NCBI GenBank assembly: GCA_951406725.2
Contig: OX597815.1
Location: 131,192,001 to 131,256,000 of the forward strand
DNA length: 64,000 bases
Direction: 5' to 3'
DNA from: Octopus vulgaris
Lineage: Eukaryota
Shown: piece by piece, positions 27,480-42,227 of the stretch
How the letters are laid out: each line of letters begins with the position of its first letter
Numbering within the stretch: the stretch's first letter is position 1
The notes under the pieces: model-generated
What the model was told of the DNA's origin: nothing
Databases searched by the model: none
What the model saw: the letters and a program-made list of their open reading frames with translations, nothing else
Program-made: the position numbers and the translations under genes

Positions 27480-28630
27480 CACCTTCATGGTAATATCTAC
27501 CGGTCAATTGTATACCAGAACTTAATGTATAAAATATATACGGCATGTTTAAACCTCTTTTTCAAAGACCACAGTGAAAGTAATAACATCATCAGAGCAG
27601 AACAAGCAACTGAGAAGAATGGAGTCTGGGGATGTGCCGTGCAATTGTTAATAAACATCAGAGGTGCGGGAGCATGGAAGGAACCTATTGTCAATGTTGA
27701 TGGGCTACAAGAAAGCCTTTGATTCTGTCCCCTCCTCGCCACTCATGGATGCTAGAAGCCTTCCACTTGCTAAAGTTCCAGAGAGAATAGAGTAAGCCAT
27801 AGCTGACCTGACTTCATCGTGAGCCACTATCTTGAAATTAAAGACAAGTAGTGATTGTATTATTGATAGTATACAGTATCGCAGAGGCATATTCTAAGGG
27901 GACAGCCTCTCTGTGATTTTGTTTATTCTTTCTGTAAACCCCTCGCCATTCATGTTAAGGAGATCTAAGGATATCACAATGGTTCACAAGGAAACAGAAA
28001 TATCAAAATTACACAATGTCTTTTTTTTGTGGATGATATGAAACTATATGCAAAGGATATGCACGAGACGAAAAAGAGCCTTGTCGTGGTTACATTCTCA
28101 AAGGATACTAAGTTGGAGTTTGGTCGGAATAAATGTTGCTATATGGTTGTGAAAAGAGGGAAAACTGTAAACCAGTCTAGCAGCATCTCCATCAATGACT
28201 TAACTGTTTCTCCTATGTCTGATGAGAAAGGTTACAGGTTCTAGGGATGGATAAAAACATATGTTACAATATCAACTGTAACAAAACATGTGTCACTAAT
28301 GAATATTACAAATATTACTAATAAAGAAAATACGAAGCTCGGAAATCTCTTCATTCAATAAAATAGTGGCCCACTATGTGTTTGCAGTGCTAGTACTCAT
28401 ACCAACATTTGGGCTGCTTGACTGGACGCTTGATGAGGTCCGAGCTGTTGATGTGAAAACCCGAAAGATACTAACCTGCACGTATAATTTCCACATAAAC
28501 AATGACGTAGACCGCCTCCATCTAAAGCAAAAACAGAGCGGTAGAGGCATAACAACCACCTTTGAAAATCGTAACTTATCCCTTCGGCAACATCTTTTAA
28601 CCAATCTTTTCAAAAAATCTTGAAATAAAC
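27480..28630 (+). pseudogene. Dong/R4-like LINE RT fragment
   Basis: YKKAFDSVP, RGIF*GDSLS, FVDDMKLYAK, LEFGRNKC, DVDRLHLKQKQSGRG. Confidence 0.82.
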
Positions 28631-29018
28631 TGATTAATGACATACATGCATACATACATACATACATACATACATACATACATACATACATACATACATA
28701 CATACATACATGCATACATACATGCATACATACATACATGCATACATACCTGTATATATGTAGAGATGAGAGTATACTAACATTGCACATACCTAGGCGC
28801 ATCTAGCAATACTTTCTCGAAATGGAGGCATTATGAAATTCCTCTAACGCCGTATAAATGCGACCGTGTACGCTCATCTGCATTACCAAATATTAAATAT
28901 TGTGGAGCTGAGTGATTTTGTTATTAATTATCACGATTGAATATAAAAGGTATTCCATGCTACTTTATTTCGTTTGGTAACTTAAATACACATGTATTTA
29001 AGTTACCAATACACGTGA

Positions 29019-29156
<138 letters not shown>

Positions 29157-29206
29157 TTCATTCATTCTTTCTATACGTCTTTATACATACACATGCATAC
29201 ATATGA

Positions 29207-29271
<65 letters not shown>

Positions 29272-29336
29272 AAATTAATATACGCATGTATGTACATACC
29301 TGCATATATATATATATATGTATATATATATATTCT

Positions 29337-30084
29337 TGCATATATGGGTACAGGACATAAAAAACGTTGAACAGAATGAGAAACGAAAACATAAAAACAA
29401 AAACATAGAAAACTTTTTTTCGAACAACGAAAAAACAAACAGAGAAACGAGATATGCAACATAAAGAATATTCTCTTTCATCAGTTGTCCCTGTTTCATA
29501 TACTCCGCATTTCGAAAGTAAGGACAATAAGCGACTTCGTTGAAACAGTCCTTCCCGCAAAGCAAATTAAATAAAATTTGGGATTTTTTGAGGAGGGTGA
29601 AAGTGGTAACAAGAACAGGACGGTGAGAACAAGACAGTAAAAAAAAAAACGGTGAGTGCTGTTGAGCCAAGACGATAGAAAAATTATTATGAACGCTAGG
29701 ACACGTGACGAAAGGGAATCTATCTTTCTGTCCTCTTCCTTCCAAAAGACAAGACGTGCTTATACAGCCCTCACCGTTTGTTTTTGCTGTCTTGTTCTCA
29801 CTGTCCTTTTCTCACTGTTCTGTTCCGCAAAAAATCCCAAATTTTATTTAATTTCCTTTGCGGGAAGGACTGTTTCAACGAAGTTGCGTATTTTTCTTAC
29901 CTTCGAAATGAGGAGTAGATGGAACAGGGACAACTGATGAAGGGGAATATTCGTTATGTTTCTTGTCTCGTTTCTCTGTTTTTTCGTTGTTCGAAAAATA
30001 AGTTCGTTTTCTATGTTTTTGTTTTTATACTTTCGTTTCTCATTGTGTTCAACGTTTTTTTTATGTCCTGTACCCATATATGCA
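29337..30084. repeat. Fold-back element with ~315-bp diverged inverted arms in (TA)n
   Basis: TGCATATATGGGTACAGGACATAAAAAACGTTGAAC.. (29337-29656) is inverted at 29770-30084. Confidence 0.85.
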
Positions 30085-30197
30085 TGTATATAAACATATA
30101 TATGTAGGTGTGTACATATATGTATGTATATATGCATATATTTATATATTATTTATATTATTATATGATCGAACATCATGCATCCTTTCCCAAGTAA

Positions 30198-30252
<55 letters not shown>

Positions 30253-30295
30253 GATAAATCTCAGAGCGAGTTATAAACAGTAGCAGCAACACATC

Positions 30296-30642
30296 GTGAC
30301 GTATATTTGCCATTTAATTATGGCTAACCCCTAAGGGTGGATGCTACTGTAGTTTGTAGCCCCAGGAAGACACCTCCTCCAGCTGGCTATAGACACACTT
30401 TCTGTGCCCTATCAGTATTTGCAAAGGGAAGCCACCCTTCCCGTCTTCAACTTATGATACACACGGACACGAGTTTCAGGGTATTGACCCGTCATCGGCG
30501 TGTGACAATCATAGTTGTCGATGAGAAAGGGCACAGAAAGTGTGTCTGTAGCCAGCTGCAGGAGGTGTCCTCCTGGGGCTACAAACTACAGTAGCATCCA
30601 CCCTTAGGAGTTAGCAATATTCAAATGGCAAATATACGTCAC
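30296..30642. mobile_element. Fold-back hammerhead element (family 2), related to the 360-bp unit
   Basis: Inverted arms 30296-30410 and 30528-30642; the spacer holds a hammerhead; shares TAGCCCCAGG, GTGCCCTA, TGCAAAGGGA and TCATCGGCGTGTG with the 360-bp unit. Confidence 0.85.
30460..30504 (-). ncRNA. Minimal type I hammerhead (CCGAUGA core)
   Basis: Minus strand CACACG-CCGATGA-cGGG tcaata CCCt-GAAAC tcgt GTC-CGTGTG. Confidence 0.75.
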
Positions 30643-30699
30643 TATATATATATATATATACAGTCTCTCGCCTCCCTTTTCCCCTCTCCTACCACCCCA

Positions 30700-32035
30700 C
30701 CACCCTACCTTTCCAACGCACCATTCTCCGAACTTTCTGTCCACTTCACACATCTTTCCAAATCGACCCATCCCCTCCTTCGAACAAGCCCACAACCTAC
30801 GAGACCTTTTGGTCTACAGCTTCTTCCCCAACCTAACATTCCAACCTGGCTCGTTCCCCTGCTCTCGCCCACGCTGCCGCATTTGCCCTTATCTTTCCAA
30901 CGCCACCCTCCTCACCGGCATCTATCATCGACCCTATCACATCACCGCCTCCTTCATCTGCACTTCTACCAATATCATCTACTGCATCTCCTGCTCTCTC
31001 TGCCAATTCTCTGTACATCGGACAAACGGGACACCGCTTGGCTGACCGGTTCGCGGAACACCTCCGACACATCCGCCTCTGCAATAACGCCCCGGTCTCA
31101 CGCCATTTCCGCTCTACCGTGTTCGGATTGTCCTTGCACAGAAGCCATCCAAACTCCTGTTTGCGCCGTGAACAGGGATTAATCTTCTCTCTTCGCTCCT
31201 TTGTACCATATGGGCTAAACTCTCCTCCTCTCTTCATCTAACCTCCTCCCCTTGACTCTTTCCCCCTCCCTTCTACTTCATCCCACCCACCTCTCCTCTC
31301 TTGCTCCGTCTCCTACTTCTCTTCACCACAACTCTTTTTCTCTTTTCTCTCTTACTCTCTTACACTCTTTCTCTTTTCTCTCATACCCACCTTGCCCTTC
31401 CCCCTTCAACCTCAACCCTCCCTATAATCCTACCCCACCCCTACATATTCCTACCCTACCTTCCCTATCCTTCCCATCCCACCCCATCCCATCTCTTACA
31501 CCCTCTCCCACATATCCCACCTCTACCCCCACCCTCTGCCTACCCACATACCCCAACTCTACCCCACCCGTGCTTTCCCCAGTCTCATCTCCCCCACCTC
31601 CCAACAACAAAACACTACACCATACTACACCATACCGCAGAACACATCACAGCACAACACACCAGCACTGATCAATTTCCATCCCCATATTTTTACACCT
31701 ACACATACACACACGCACACGTCAAGATCACCAGCCCTCTTTCACACGCACATACGTACTCTCTTACACACACGCGCAATTTGCTTTTGGATCACTACTT
31801 TGTTATCTCCCCTACTTCTTAGCGCTCCTGTGTGACCCTTCTGTCCGGCATTCGCCATGATAGATCAGTAGCCACTACACATTTTCTCTCTCTTTGTTTC
31901 TTTCTGTGTTCCTTTCTGTGGAAGAGCGTAAGCTCGAAACGTTAAAGACATTTTCAATTCCCGAGCGTTATACTAATACATCTGTTTGTTTTCTACACCA
32001 CCTGTCTTCGTCTTTTGTTTTTTTCGGGAATTATC
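30700..32035 (+). pseudogene. Neptune-type PLE 3' fragment: Zn linker + GIY-YIG + pyrimidine-rich UTR + pLTR end
   Basis: PCSRPRCRICP, CTSTNIIYCISCSLC..YIGQTGHRLADRFAEH, EQGLIFSL..PYGLN; flanked by (TA)n. Confidence 0.88.
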
Positions 32036-32089
32036 CCTATATATATATGTGTGTGTGTGTGTGTGCATATAAATCTATAAATGCATATA

Positions 32090-32171
<82 letters not shown>

Positions 32172-32855
32172 TATGTGCATATTTATGCATATTTATGAAT
32201 ATATATATATATATATATATATGCACTCACTCTTTCACACACACATATATACATATATGCATACACGCAAAGTTGGTGAAATGAGCCCTAAATTCGGCTT
32301 TACATTCTTTGTTGAAGCTATTATACTTGCTCTTGCAATATCCTTCCTTTAGAGATGACTATCACAATTTTCCATTACAAACATTAATGGTTTAAAATCT
32401 CTATGAAACAGAAAAGGGTTGTATTTATGTAAAATTTATTTTCAAGTAATTTCTTAAGAAAATTATGTAGAATGGTATGTAAATTCTATGTCCATTTCAG
32501 AAAATATTTTTGTAGATATTTTAAAAGAAGCATTGACATTATACTTTCAAATAAGGACATTTACATACTAGAATTAAAGCAAATCAATTTCTAAAATACA
32601 TTAAATGTCTTGTAAAATATACTTTACATTTTGCGTATATTTTCAGCTATTTTATTATATATAAATCTTTGAGGGTGAATACAAAACCAGAATGCCTAAA
32701 TGGATACAGTGATATAGTAATGTAATACCACTTCATGATTAAGGAGTTTGAATCTGTTGCCTGGATAATTTCTGAGTCTCTGAATGAGTCAATTTAATCT
32801 CTGTGTCGTAACTTAAACTTCACTGTTTGATAAAAGTCATGAGAACCGTCTAGAT

Positions 32856-33497
32856 CTTTGTTCTCAACTATTTTTGTACCTATGAACCCTCTTTTCATTC
32901 ATGTTTTACTCAATTGGACCCCATTGCCATTCGTTGTTTTAAAAAAATTCCATTATATATTTATAACTAAATATTATTAGGAATTGTATAAAAATAATAA
33001 TTGGAAATATTTTATGTATTGTAGAAGCATGACTAATTTGCTGTACAGAAATTTTAACAACATCTTATATGAATCCTGTGGAGGCGCAATGGCCCAATGC
33101 TTACGGCTGCGGACTCGTGGTTTCGATTCCCAGACCGGGGCGTTGGGAGTGCTTATTGAGCAAAAAACACCCAAAGCTTCACGAGGCACCGGTAGGGGGG
33201 TGGGGGTGGCAAGCCCTGCAATACTCTTTCACCACAACTTTCTCTCACTCTTCCTTCCTGTTTCTGTTGTACCTGAATTTCAAAGGCCAGCCTTATCACA
33301 CTCTGTATCACGCTGAATCTCCCCGAGAACTACGTTAAGGGTACACGTGTCTGTGCATTGCTCAGCCGCTTGCACTTTAATTTCCCGAGCAGGCTGTTCC
33401 GTCGATGAGATCAACTGGAAACATCGTCGTCGTAACCGTCGGAGTGTCACGATATGAACCCTCAAGGGTCATATGGTCCCCCGGTTGAGATCCACTG
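32856..33497. mobile_element. Probable hAT (Charlie-type) MITE interrupted by a SINE
   Basis: Termini CTTTGTTCTCAAC and GTTGAGATCCACTG; flanking 8-mers GTCTAGAT and TTCTAGAG fit an NTCTAGAN target duplication. Confidence 0.55.
33078..33450 (+). mobile_element. tRNA-derived SINE family C
   Basis: GGAGGCGCAATGGCCC A-box and GGTTTCGATTCCC B-box; second copy at 59748-60112. Confidence 0.85.
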
Positions 33498-34684
33498 TTC
33501 TAGAGAAATATTTAGGAAGAAACTGGCAAGAAACTGGCTTCATATTCATGGGGCAACTTGTCCCCCCATTTCCTCAGTACCTCAGTAACTGGGGTTAAAT
33601 AGCGGTTCAACAGACAGTTATGGATAAAAAAAATTTCTGAAGATATTTCACTGCTAACTAATTTGATAAGCAGACAGTCTGTTAACTACTTGTTGAAGTA
33701 TAACGGTGTGTAGCATGTTATGTGTTAATCCACATAACATTCTACATTTTCAATGGGTAAGGTTAGCAGGCTTTAGATAGTAATAATCCGGACTGAGATA
33801 TAGTTCATATTTAGTGCAAAGCGTAATATATATAAATATTCTATGAGATTTCTTGAACTCAGTTCTTTTCAAATATGATAGTTTTCTACGAATACAACCA
33901 GATATTTTAACTATCAATGAAACCTTTCTTGAATAATTCTAAGAAAACGGCATCTCGTGTTGCACAGTTGATACCCAGTGGCTCACAACTAATTATCTTC
34001 CAGTGAAAATAAATACCACTGCGGCTGCATTCTAAGTCTTTGTCTTCTTTGATTCCTGTATTATATTTCTAAACATGAATGCTACCAAGTTTAGTTTGGT
34101 ATTTCATTTCTTTTGGGATTGATGAAGTAAACATACCGTAATACACAGGACTACGGGAATTAACTACAGCTAAGTTAGTGTTAGCATATATAATGCAGAG
34201 AACATTAAAAAGGTTGAGTAAAAATAACTATACATCGAGAAAAAAAATCAGTATTAGTGACTAACATTAAGTGAATTATTAGGGCCCCGAGGTTGGGGAA
34301 TCGTTAGATCGTTGAACAAACTGCTTAGAGGCATCTTGCTTCTTTTGGTTATTTAAGTTCAGAGTTCAAATGCCACCGAAGTTGACTTTACCTTTTATTG
34401 TTTTCGGGCTCACTAAACCAAAGTAGAGTTAAGTGCAATCGATTAAACCTCAATCACCAAAAATGCTGACCTTGTATCAAAATTTGAAATTGTTAAAACA
34501 GAGAACCGGCAGAATCATTACCGTGCCGGATGTAATCGAATTCCCATCCCCTTCAAAATTACCGACCTTATGCTAAAGTTAGAATTATTATAATTATTTC
34601 GGTAAGTATGGGATACAGATATGGACAAAGATTTCTATCAGTGATACATAAACATCATCACCCTTGCAGAATAAGTATCGTTTA

Positions 34685-35080
34685 AAGGCGGCGAGCTGGC
34701 AGGAACGTTAGCGATTACGTTCTGAGTTCAAATTCTGCTGAGGTCGACTTTGCCTTTCATCCTTTCGGGGTCGATAAATTAAGTACCAGTTACGCACTGT
34801 GGTCGATGTAATCGACGTAATCCCTTTGTCTGTCCTTGTTTGTCCCTTCTATGATTGGCCCCTTGTGGGCAATAAAGAAATAAGAAACGTTGGCACGCCG
34901 GGCGAAATGCTTAGCGGTATTTTGTCTGTCTTTACGTTCTGAGTTCAAATTCCACCGTGGTCGACTTTGCCTTTCATCCTTTCGGGATCGATAAATTAAG
35001 TACCAGTTGCGCACTGGGGTCGATCTAATCGACTGGCTCCTCCCCCAAAATTTCGGGCCTTGTACCTAGAGTAGAAAAGA
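34685..35080 (+). mobile_element. SINE family A with internal duplication and target-site duplication
   Basis: AAGGCGGCGAGCTGGCAG head; AGAATAAGTATCGTTTAA is repeated on both flanks. Confidence 0.88.
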
Positions 35081-37616
35081 ATAAGTATCGTTTAATGAAT
35101 AAATAACTCTAAAATTAAAACTAGTGAAACACAATCTTATTTTGTTTATTCATTTGAACTACTTAGAAACTTAAGATGTTATCACTGAATGAAATTTTTG
35201 TTTTGTAAAGAGACAAAATATGTCAGTTCTACTCAGGCTAGGAGTTTCTAAATAGGATTCACAAAATAGTAGTCATGATTAGCATGCTAAATATATGTAC
35301 CAAACATGATATAATTTTTCTTTCTATTTGCTGTGTTTCAAGGAGAATGGAGGAGGTGCCCGTGACTTCAGAAGACCCTGCAAGAATGGTGACCAAGATG
35401 CCATTAATATTTCGTTTAAAGTGCTGCAGATTAACACCTGCAAGAAAGATACAGAGGACGCTTTAAGTACCAAGCAATCTGAACAGCCGACATCATGAAC
35501 AGGCGTGGCTATAGAATTAACAACTCTGAAAAATCGTTCTTTAAATCCATTCTTGAGATACAGAATGCTATTTTTCACTGCATTTCTTGCTTTACTATTC
35601 TTCAGGCTTATATTGCATCTCTTGTTCTATAGGTTTCTTTAATGACAGTAATTATCAAAGAAGAATACTTTCGCCAATTTTTGTCCCACTCCTGTTTAAC
35701 ACTACAAATGTAATTTCAGTTGTTTCTGTGTTGTGAGCGTATTAAATACTCCTAAAATATAAAAATTTGTAGAAACCGTAAAATTCTTCATGCGATGAAC
35801 TACATTCCATAGACATGGTGGAATGTGTTTTTGTGTTCAAATATAATGTTGTCGCTATTGAAGTAAATATCAACACTTAGAAGAATAAATGTCATTGTTT
35901 CTTTTCTTTACACAGTTTACGATTTCCTTTAAACAGTGCTGTATCTCAATAATGTTTGTTCACTGATTTCCATTTTACATAATCTCATTGCTAAAGATAT
36001 TAGTAAAGAAATAAGTAAGCTTCGCTCAAAGGATTACTGAAAAAGATACTAGAAATTTCTTGGGCTTTTTCTTCGAATTAAAGTAGGATTTGAGTATCTG
36101 AAAGAAAATGACGATTCTTTCCAAAGCATTCAATGAAGGGATCTAGCATATTTAAGAGTGTAAAAGAACTGAAGAATACTGATCGTTAACAAAGCCATAA
36201 AAATCTTTCAATTTGCAGTTTGAACAGTATAAACACCGAAGAAAGCAATTTCATGACAATTACTTTAATATCATCTGCTCATTGAATAGCCATGAGCAGC
36301 CAAACTCTTACATAGAATCATTCGTGCTTTACTTCATTTCAAACTTTTTGCCTGTACAAAGCATTCTCATAATTTGTCATGAAGGTCTACGCTTGTTTCA
36401 CTGGTTCTGAGTTATACAAAGCATTTCTTTCACAAATCGGAAGTTATTCTGGTAGTTGAAACAAAATTGGGTCTTATTATCTTATATAATTCAGGATCGT
36501 CAAGGGTTAAATAGATCTTATTCACGCCTTTATACGGATTTGTGTTGTCTTCTGCAAAAAATGTACATTTTTACATGTCAATTTTTGACGCAGTATGATT
36601 CTCTATAAAAGTCTGGTATAATTTTTAAGGTCTCATTTTACTTCCAATAAATTTATTTGTAAATCTAAAGAAAATATTGCGCAATGAAAATAATTTTTTT
36701 CCTGCGTTGTGATTAATTGTATCAGTAATTAAAAAAAGAGGTATTTAGATCTTGGAGAGTTTCTGAAATGTTGTGCGGAACAACTACACTAAATATTATG
36801 GCTAAATTCAAAAGTCAACCAATTCTTCAGTAACTCATTAAACCTCCATGTCTATCACCAAATGAATTATTTCTTAACGTTATAAATTTCATGCTAAAGA
36901 GAAAAAAAAAAAACACGTGTCAATATTCTTAACTTTTTCAGAATTACAAAAATAGAAATGACCTTTAATTAAGGACGTGCCAACTTCTATTTTATATTGG
37001 GTAAGAAATTGTAACGTTCTTCGATTGTAGACGAGAAGTATGCGGGTGAGATTCATTCGAACAGGGTAGTTGTTCGCCAGTCGAAAACATATCTGAACTC
37101 AATTCATCATGTTCGATTTGTGAGTTGCTAACCCAGTCCCTGCAAGTTTTTAAATATATGTGTGGGTGAGTGAAAGCTTGTAGTTTAACTATAACAATAA
37201 TGATCTCCACTCTAACATATAAACAGTATAGATAAAGTTTAAAAATTTGCTTCAAAATAATTTGAATACGGAATATTAAAGTATCCCCATTACATCAATA
37301 TCAGATAGAAGATTAAAATGTCATCGAATAGGGAACACCTGCTTGCGCGTACCCAGCTTTCGCTTGTTGATTTAAATGCACATGTAGTCGAAAGCAGACA
37401 CAAAGACTCTCTATGCCTTCTCAGTCTTGACCCAACGGAACATTGAGGATGAGATAGGGGTCGGAGAGAAGGTAAAAAAATAATTGCATCTTCAGCTGAG
37501 TAAACTGGTGCAACGCGAACTGATGAGCCTTGTTTAATGACTCTTCGCTACTCAATCTAGGAATGAAACTGATGATCATATGATCGTGAGCCCATTACAA
37601 TAACCGCTTGCCCACT

Positions 37617-37655
<39 letters not shown>

Positions 37656-37656
37656 A

Positions 37657-37960
37657 TGATGGACTCTGCTGTCGTTAGACGACGTATGAGGGTTCGACGA
37701 TTTCTTACCGAACTTACCATCTTACCGGATGATTTATTTATAGTGATCAAATGTTTGTCTAGACATAAGCATACTCCTTCCATCAGATCGACATTATCTG
37801 TACAGGTGCAAACCGGTGCCACATGTCAGATGACGAAATGATCGCAGAGCAACGTGAAATGAAGTGCTTTGCTCACGAACACAACAACGCCTGGTCCAGC
37901 AATCGAACAAATGATCTCGCAATCGTGAGTGCAACACCTTAACCACTAAGCGATGCGCCT
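37657..37960 (-). mobile_element. tRNA-derived SINE (3' part related to family C)
   Basis: Minus-strand head AGGCGCATCGCTTAGTGGTTAAGGTG..GTTCGATTGC. Confidence 0.65.
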
Positions 37961-38020
<60 letters not shown>

Positions 38021-38033
38021 CATATATGCATAT

Positions 38034-38126
<93 letters not shown>

Positions 38127-38521
38127 CGGAAATATATATGTATATATATTTGTGTGTGTGTGTATGTGTATATATATATATGTTCCTCATGTGTATGCAC
38201 TTTCGTTCTTACATAACTGAAAGTCCTTTACGATATATTGATTTTATAAATTACAATATTACTCTTCTTATAACTTTCTCATACCTCTGTTTATATTTTA
38301 TCTAATATGAATAATATAATGCATCTAATAATAATAATAATTGATTGTTATGTATGCTTATAAATGTAAATATGTATGTACTTTTAAGTGTAGGTATATG
38401 TATTTATGTATATCTATATATGTATGTATATGTATATGTGTATGTATATGTATGTAAATGTGTGTGTATTTATTTATATTTATATTTATTTATATTTATA
38501 ACTTAACCTTATGTAGTTTCT

Positions 38522-38640
38522 AAAATCTCTGACGCACCCAAGTACCTCAATTTCATCTACTAATTACTTCAGTCTACTGGAGGAATAAAGGTAGAATGAG
38601 GTATTTTTGCCTCTTGGCTGAAACAGCTGTAAGATATTTT
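38522..38640 (+). ncRNA. Degenerate type I hammerhead with long stem II
   Basis: AAATCT-CTGACGC-..CCAAG..CTTGG..-GAAAC AGCT GTA-AGAT; palindromic stem III ACAGCTGT. Confidence 0.6.
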
Positions 38641-38856
38641 CCCAATTTATATTCCTGTATGTTAATAATTTTAATAATTACTGGTATCTTTATATGTTAA
38701 TATATTTTATATGCAAAGCATAATATGTTATACATGTATGTATATTCTTGTAATTGTCATTTTAGTAAATAAATAAATAAATTGACATAATATAATATCT
38801 AAAAGTTGATGAATCACCTATTGATCCCCTCCATTTTCTTATTGCTATCTCCCCCC

Positions 38857-38911
<55 letters not shown>

Positions 38912-38939
38912 AGTAGACACAGACACGCACACACACATG

Positions 38940-39310
38940 TATGGTCGTTGTCAACTCATACAGAATTTGACCTCTTCTTCTACCTGCATTTTAGATCTAT
39001 CATGACGTCTGATGTGGCTTTTTAAACCAGACAGTATTTTGAAAAGACACCCACATAAAATGCATATCCGCTTTGGACCACCAAAGATCAAAACTGCAGT
39101 TAAGTTATAATCTTTGTGGATATTAAAGTACCTTTTGAAGCCTCCATTAGATTTGCAAACATTAAGGCATATATGGCATTGATAGGTAAGTATAGATAGA
39201 ATGGCAGAACAGTTAATGGCGGTTCGTTTTTCATGGGTCTGCAAATGTGATTTAAGTCCAGTAAAAGAAATGCATGGTCTGTCACAAACTGTGCACACAA
39301 AATCGTTGTA
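38940..39310 (-). pseudogene. Three C2H2-like zinc fingers, probably the C-terminus of an RTE-like LINE
   Basis: CTVCDRPCISFTGLKSHLQTH, CHICLNVCKSNGGFKRYFNIH, CILCGCLFKILSGLKSHIRRH; no TGEKP linkers; similar to the finger at 25690-25760. Confidence 0.6.
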
Positions 39311-39325
39311 TAAATATATATATAT

Positions 39326-39600
39326 AAACCGGAGTAAGCACATAAATGTGAAACAAGGTGGAAAAAAGAGTTCTCAAATACCAGAGGTAGAGTAATATGC
39401 GTTTATTTAAAAGCAGCAGAAATATAACAAAAGCAGTTACTCAGAGTTTCACGTTACTGTTCGTCGGACAGGTTTTGTTAAAATATAACAAAAATAACGA
39501 TATCTTTATTTTTGTTCTATTTTAACAAAACCTGTTCGACGAACGGTAACGTGAAACTCTGAGTAACAGCTTTTGTTATAATTCTGCTGCTTTAAAATAA
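39326..39600. mobile_element. Fold-back element with two oppositely oriented minimal hammerheads (39423-39480 minus, 39523-39580 plus)
   Basis: ACAAAACCTGT-[C/T]CGACGA-AC..GT-GAAACTCTGAGTA-AC.GCTTTTGTTATA on both strands; (TA)n flanks. Confidence 0.8.
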
Positions 39601-39602
39601 AT

Positions 39603-39668
<66 letters not shown>

Positions 39669-42227
39669 AATATAAAAATGGAACGAAAACGCAATAGACG
39701 GTATTAAAACGTTCGGACAGATAGATGACACAAAGGGGAACGAGGAAAACAGCAATTGGAAGGGCATGCAAAAAAGACGAGTCATTGTTGGCTTTCTTTC
39801 TTCAGTCAAGTATCAGAAGTCACGACCATTTCGAACAGTTACACTTGAGATGGTTCGCTGAAAGCATTAGAACCTTTTGTAAAAAAGCTGGCGAATGTGT
39901 ACGACAACAAAAACAAAAAAAAAAAACAAAACAACGGAGAACAGTACAGAATTACGAATACAAACACCAAGAAATAACAACCGGCGTCTTTCGACTGAGA
40001 ATTATTCAAATTGAGCTGGCGTGTATGGAACGAAAGCCTAAAGGCAGGTACATGGGAAATAGACACAAGACTTGTTGACGGTCGGCAGTAAGGCTAAGAA
40101 AGAGAGATCATGGCTGGCTGGACACCGGTCACGTGGAAAGAGAAGAAATGGGTAAGGGACATCGGGATTGAAGGATTAGAAAAAAATCAGACACAGAGAA
40201 AGGTGCAGGGGAAATAAACGAGTGGGAAATAGTAAGAGTTAAAGAAAGAGGGTGAAGAAATGTCTGAGAGGGGAACGTGAGAAAAGAAGAAAAATCAGAG
40301 GGGGATGCATGTATCTGTGTATGTATGTGTTATAAATACTATGTATATACATATATATGTATATACGTATACATATCTATCTGTATAAGGCTTGTGTATG
40401 TATAAAACTTAGTGATAATTATCCACAGACTAGTACTTATACATGTTAAACATGTAAGCTGCTGCACACTTTCGTATCGCACGTACAACATACCGATATG
40501 ATCACACACTCAAATATACAAAACAGTTTTCGATTGAAGAATTGAATGCGTCTATGAAAGTTAACATGTACATGTGTCCAAGATTCTATTCAAACTGTTC
40601 GATGGGCTCTAAAGAGCAATTAAAATGCTACGTTTCGAATCCAGATATTATGAAATAGGTATTATACGACAGGTAATGAAAGACAATAACCTCGAAGTCA
40701 TTGGAAGTTTGCTTGGAAGTATTTCTATATTTTGCTCTATGCAACTCTGATACTTGATGCTAGGCGAATTACAGTAAAATGATTTTCTGTGGTGCCAAAT
40801 ATACATGCAGGATTAATTAGAATTTTTGAGTGATGAGAATACATATTATACATGCTGATGTCTATTGATTTGGTATTATTTTTTTCCCACAGCACAATTT
40901 ATTACATCCGAAAATAGATTAAGGTGATAGCTAAAGAGCTTTCATTTAATTGTGAGCTTAAAATACTTTAATGGGGAGATAATAATGATCTATATATTGC
41001 CAAGCCATATATTGACCTGCTAAAACAAAGTGTTTACGGCCCATATCACATCACTTGACAGTAAATTATGTCCATATTTCTGTCTGTCTAACTGTAAGTC
41101 CTGCTTATCATAGAAGGAGCAGCAAATAGATGGCTATTGGTAGTTTTTATTGCTTAGCATTAAGTACAAACAAACATATATCAAAAGTGTTCCTACCATG
41201 ACTGACCTACCAGACTTTTTAATGACTAAATTATTTAATTTGTTCTTTTCTGATATTGGCTTATAAATTAATATAGATTTGGCTGGTATTTCTAGCTGGT
41301 TGAATTAATAGAAATTCTGTTGTGGTTAACTGACATATATTTTCTTTAGCTTTCACTTTGAGGTTAAAATCCTTCTACAGATAATTTAATCTCGAGAGAA
41401 ACATGTTATCAACTGCGTAACGATGTGAACGAACGAGATAAACGCCAGTGTACACTGTATGACAATGAAGGAATGAAATTTATATATCAGAAATAGACAA
41501 TTTACACAAGAATCTGCGGTGAAATATCTTGCTGAAATTAGGTTAAATTCACACCAGTCTCATTCATCAGCAAAGACAACTGAATAATTGGCAGCAGATG
41601 AAATCTCATCTGTGAAAAGTTTCTCATTCTATGCCAGCTTTCTGACAGAGATCGCGAAATTGATCTCAAGATTATTATAACTAACTTCAAAGAATTTGAA
41701 TGAAAAAATTTGATGCTTTATTGTAACCTTAAACATTGGCAGTTGCCCAGTGAACAGAAAATTGGCAACATTTAGTTGACATTTGCTGTTGACATGTCAG
41801 ATTCCCTATATGTTCTCGGCTCTTCTTCTGACCTCACAGAAATGGTTATTGACCGGCGATATCTTTTACATGCTAATTAATCAATTTTAACTTTGAGAGC
41901 ATTGCTGGTCTTAATATCTACGCTTTCCACCTCCTCCTCCTCCTCCTCCTCCTCGCTTCCGCCTCATGCCCCACCCCTCCTCATCCCGCTCCCCTCCTCA
42001 TCCTGCACCCTCTTCCCCCCATCCATCTACCCCCACCCCTCCTCCTCTCCTCATCCTCATCATCGTCCTCGTCATCGTCGTTGTCGTCGACGTCCTCTTC
42101 CTCCCCCACCTCCACCTCCTCCACCCAGTCATATACTTATATATATGATCACACACATACACACGCGTGCGCGCGCACACACACACACACACTCTCTCTC
42201 ACACACACATACACACACATATGAAAA

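Noticed and set aside
29900-29955. CTGATGA in the arms of the 29337-30084 fold-back
   Set aside because: No correctly placed GAAA and stems in any hammerhead permutation that I could build.
33078-33135. tRNA genes (also at SINE A heads and 59748)
   Set aside because: A/B boxes continue into SINE bodies with no complete cloverleaf.
37517-37575. CTGATGA..GAAAC possible hammerhead
   Set aside because: No convincing stem I or stem III.
40400-41880. Possible host exons in repeat-poor stretches (also 17300-19300 and 35100-37600)
   Set aside because: No ORF with recognisable protein features or convincing splice-bounded coding segment; small exons cannot be excluded without RNA-seq.
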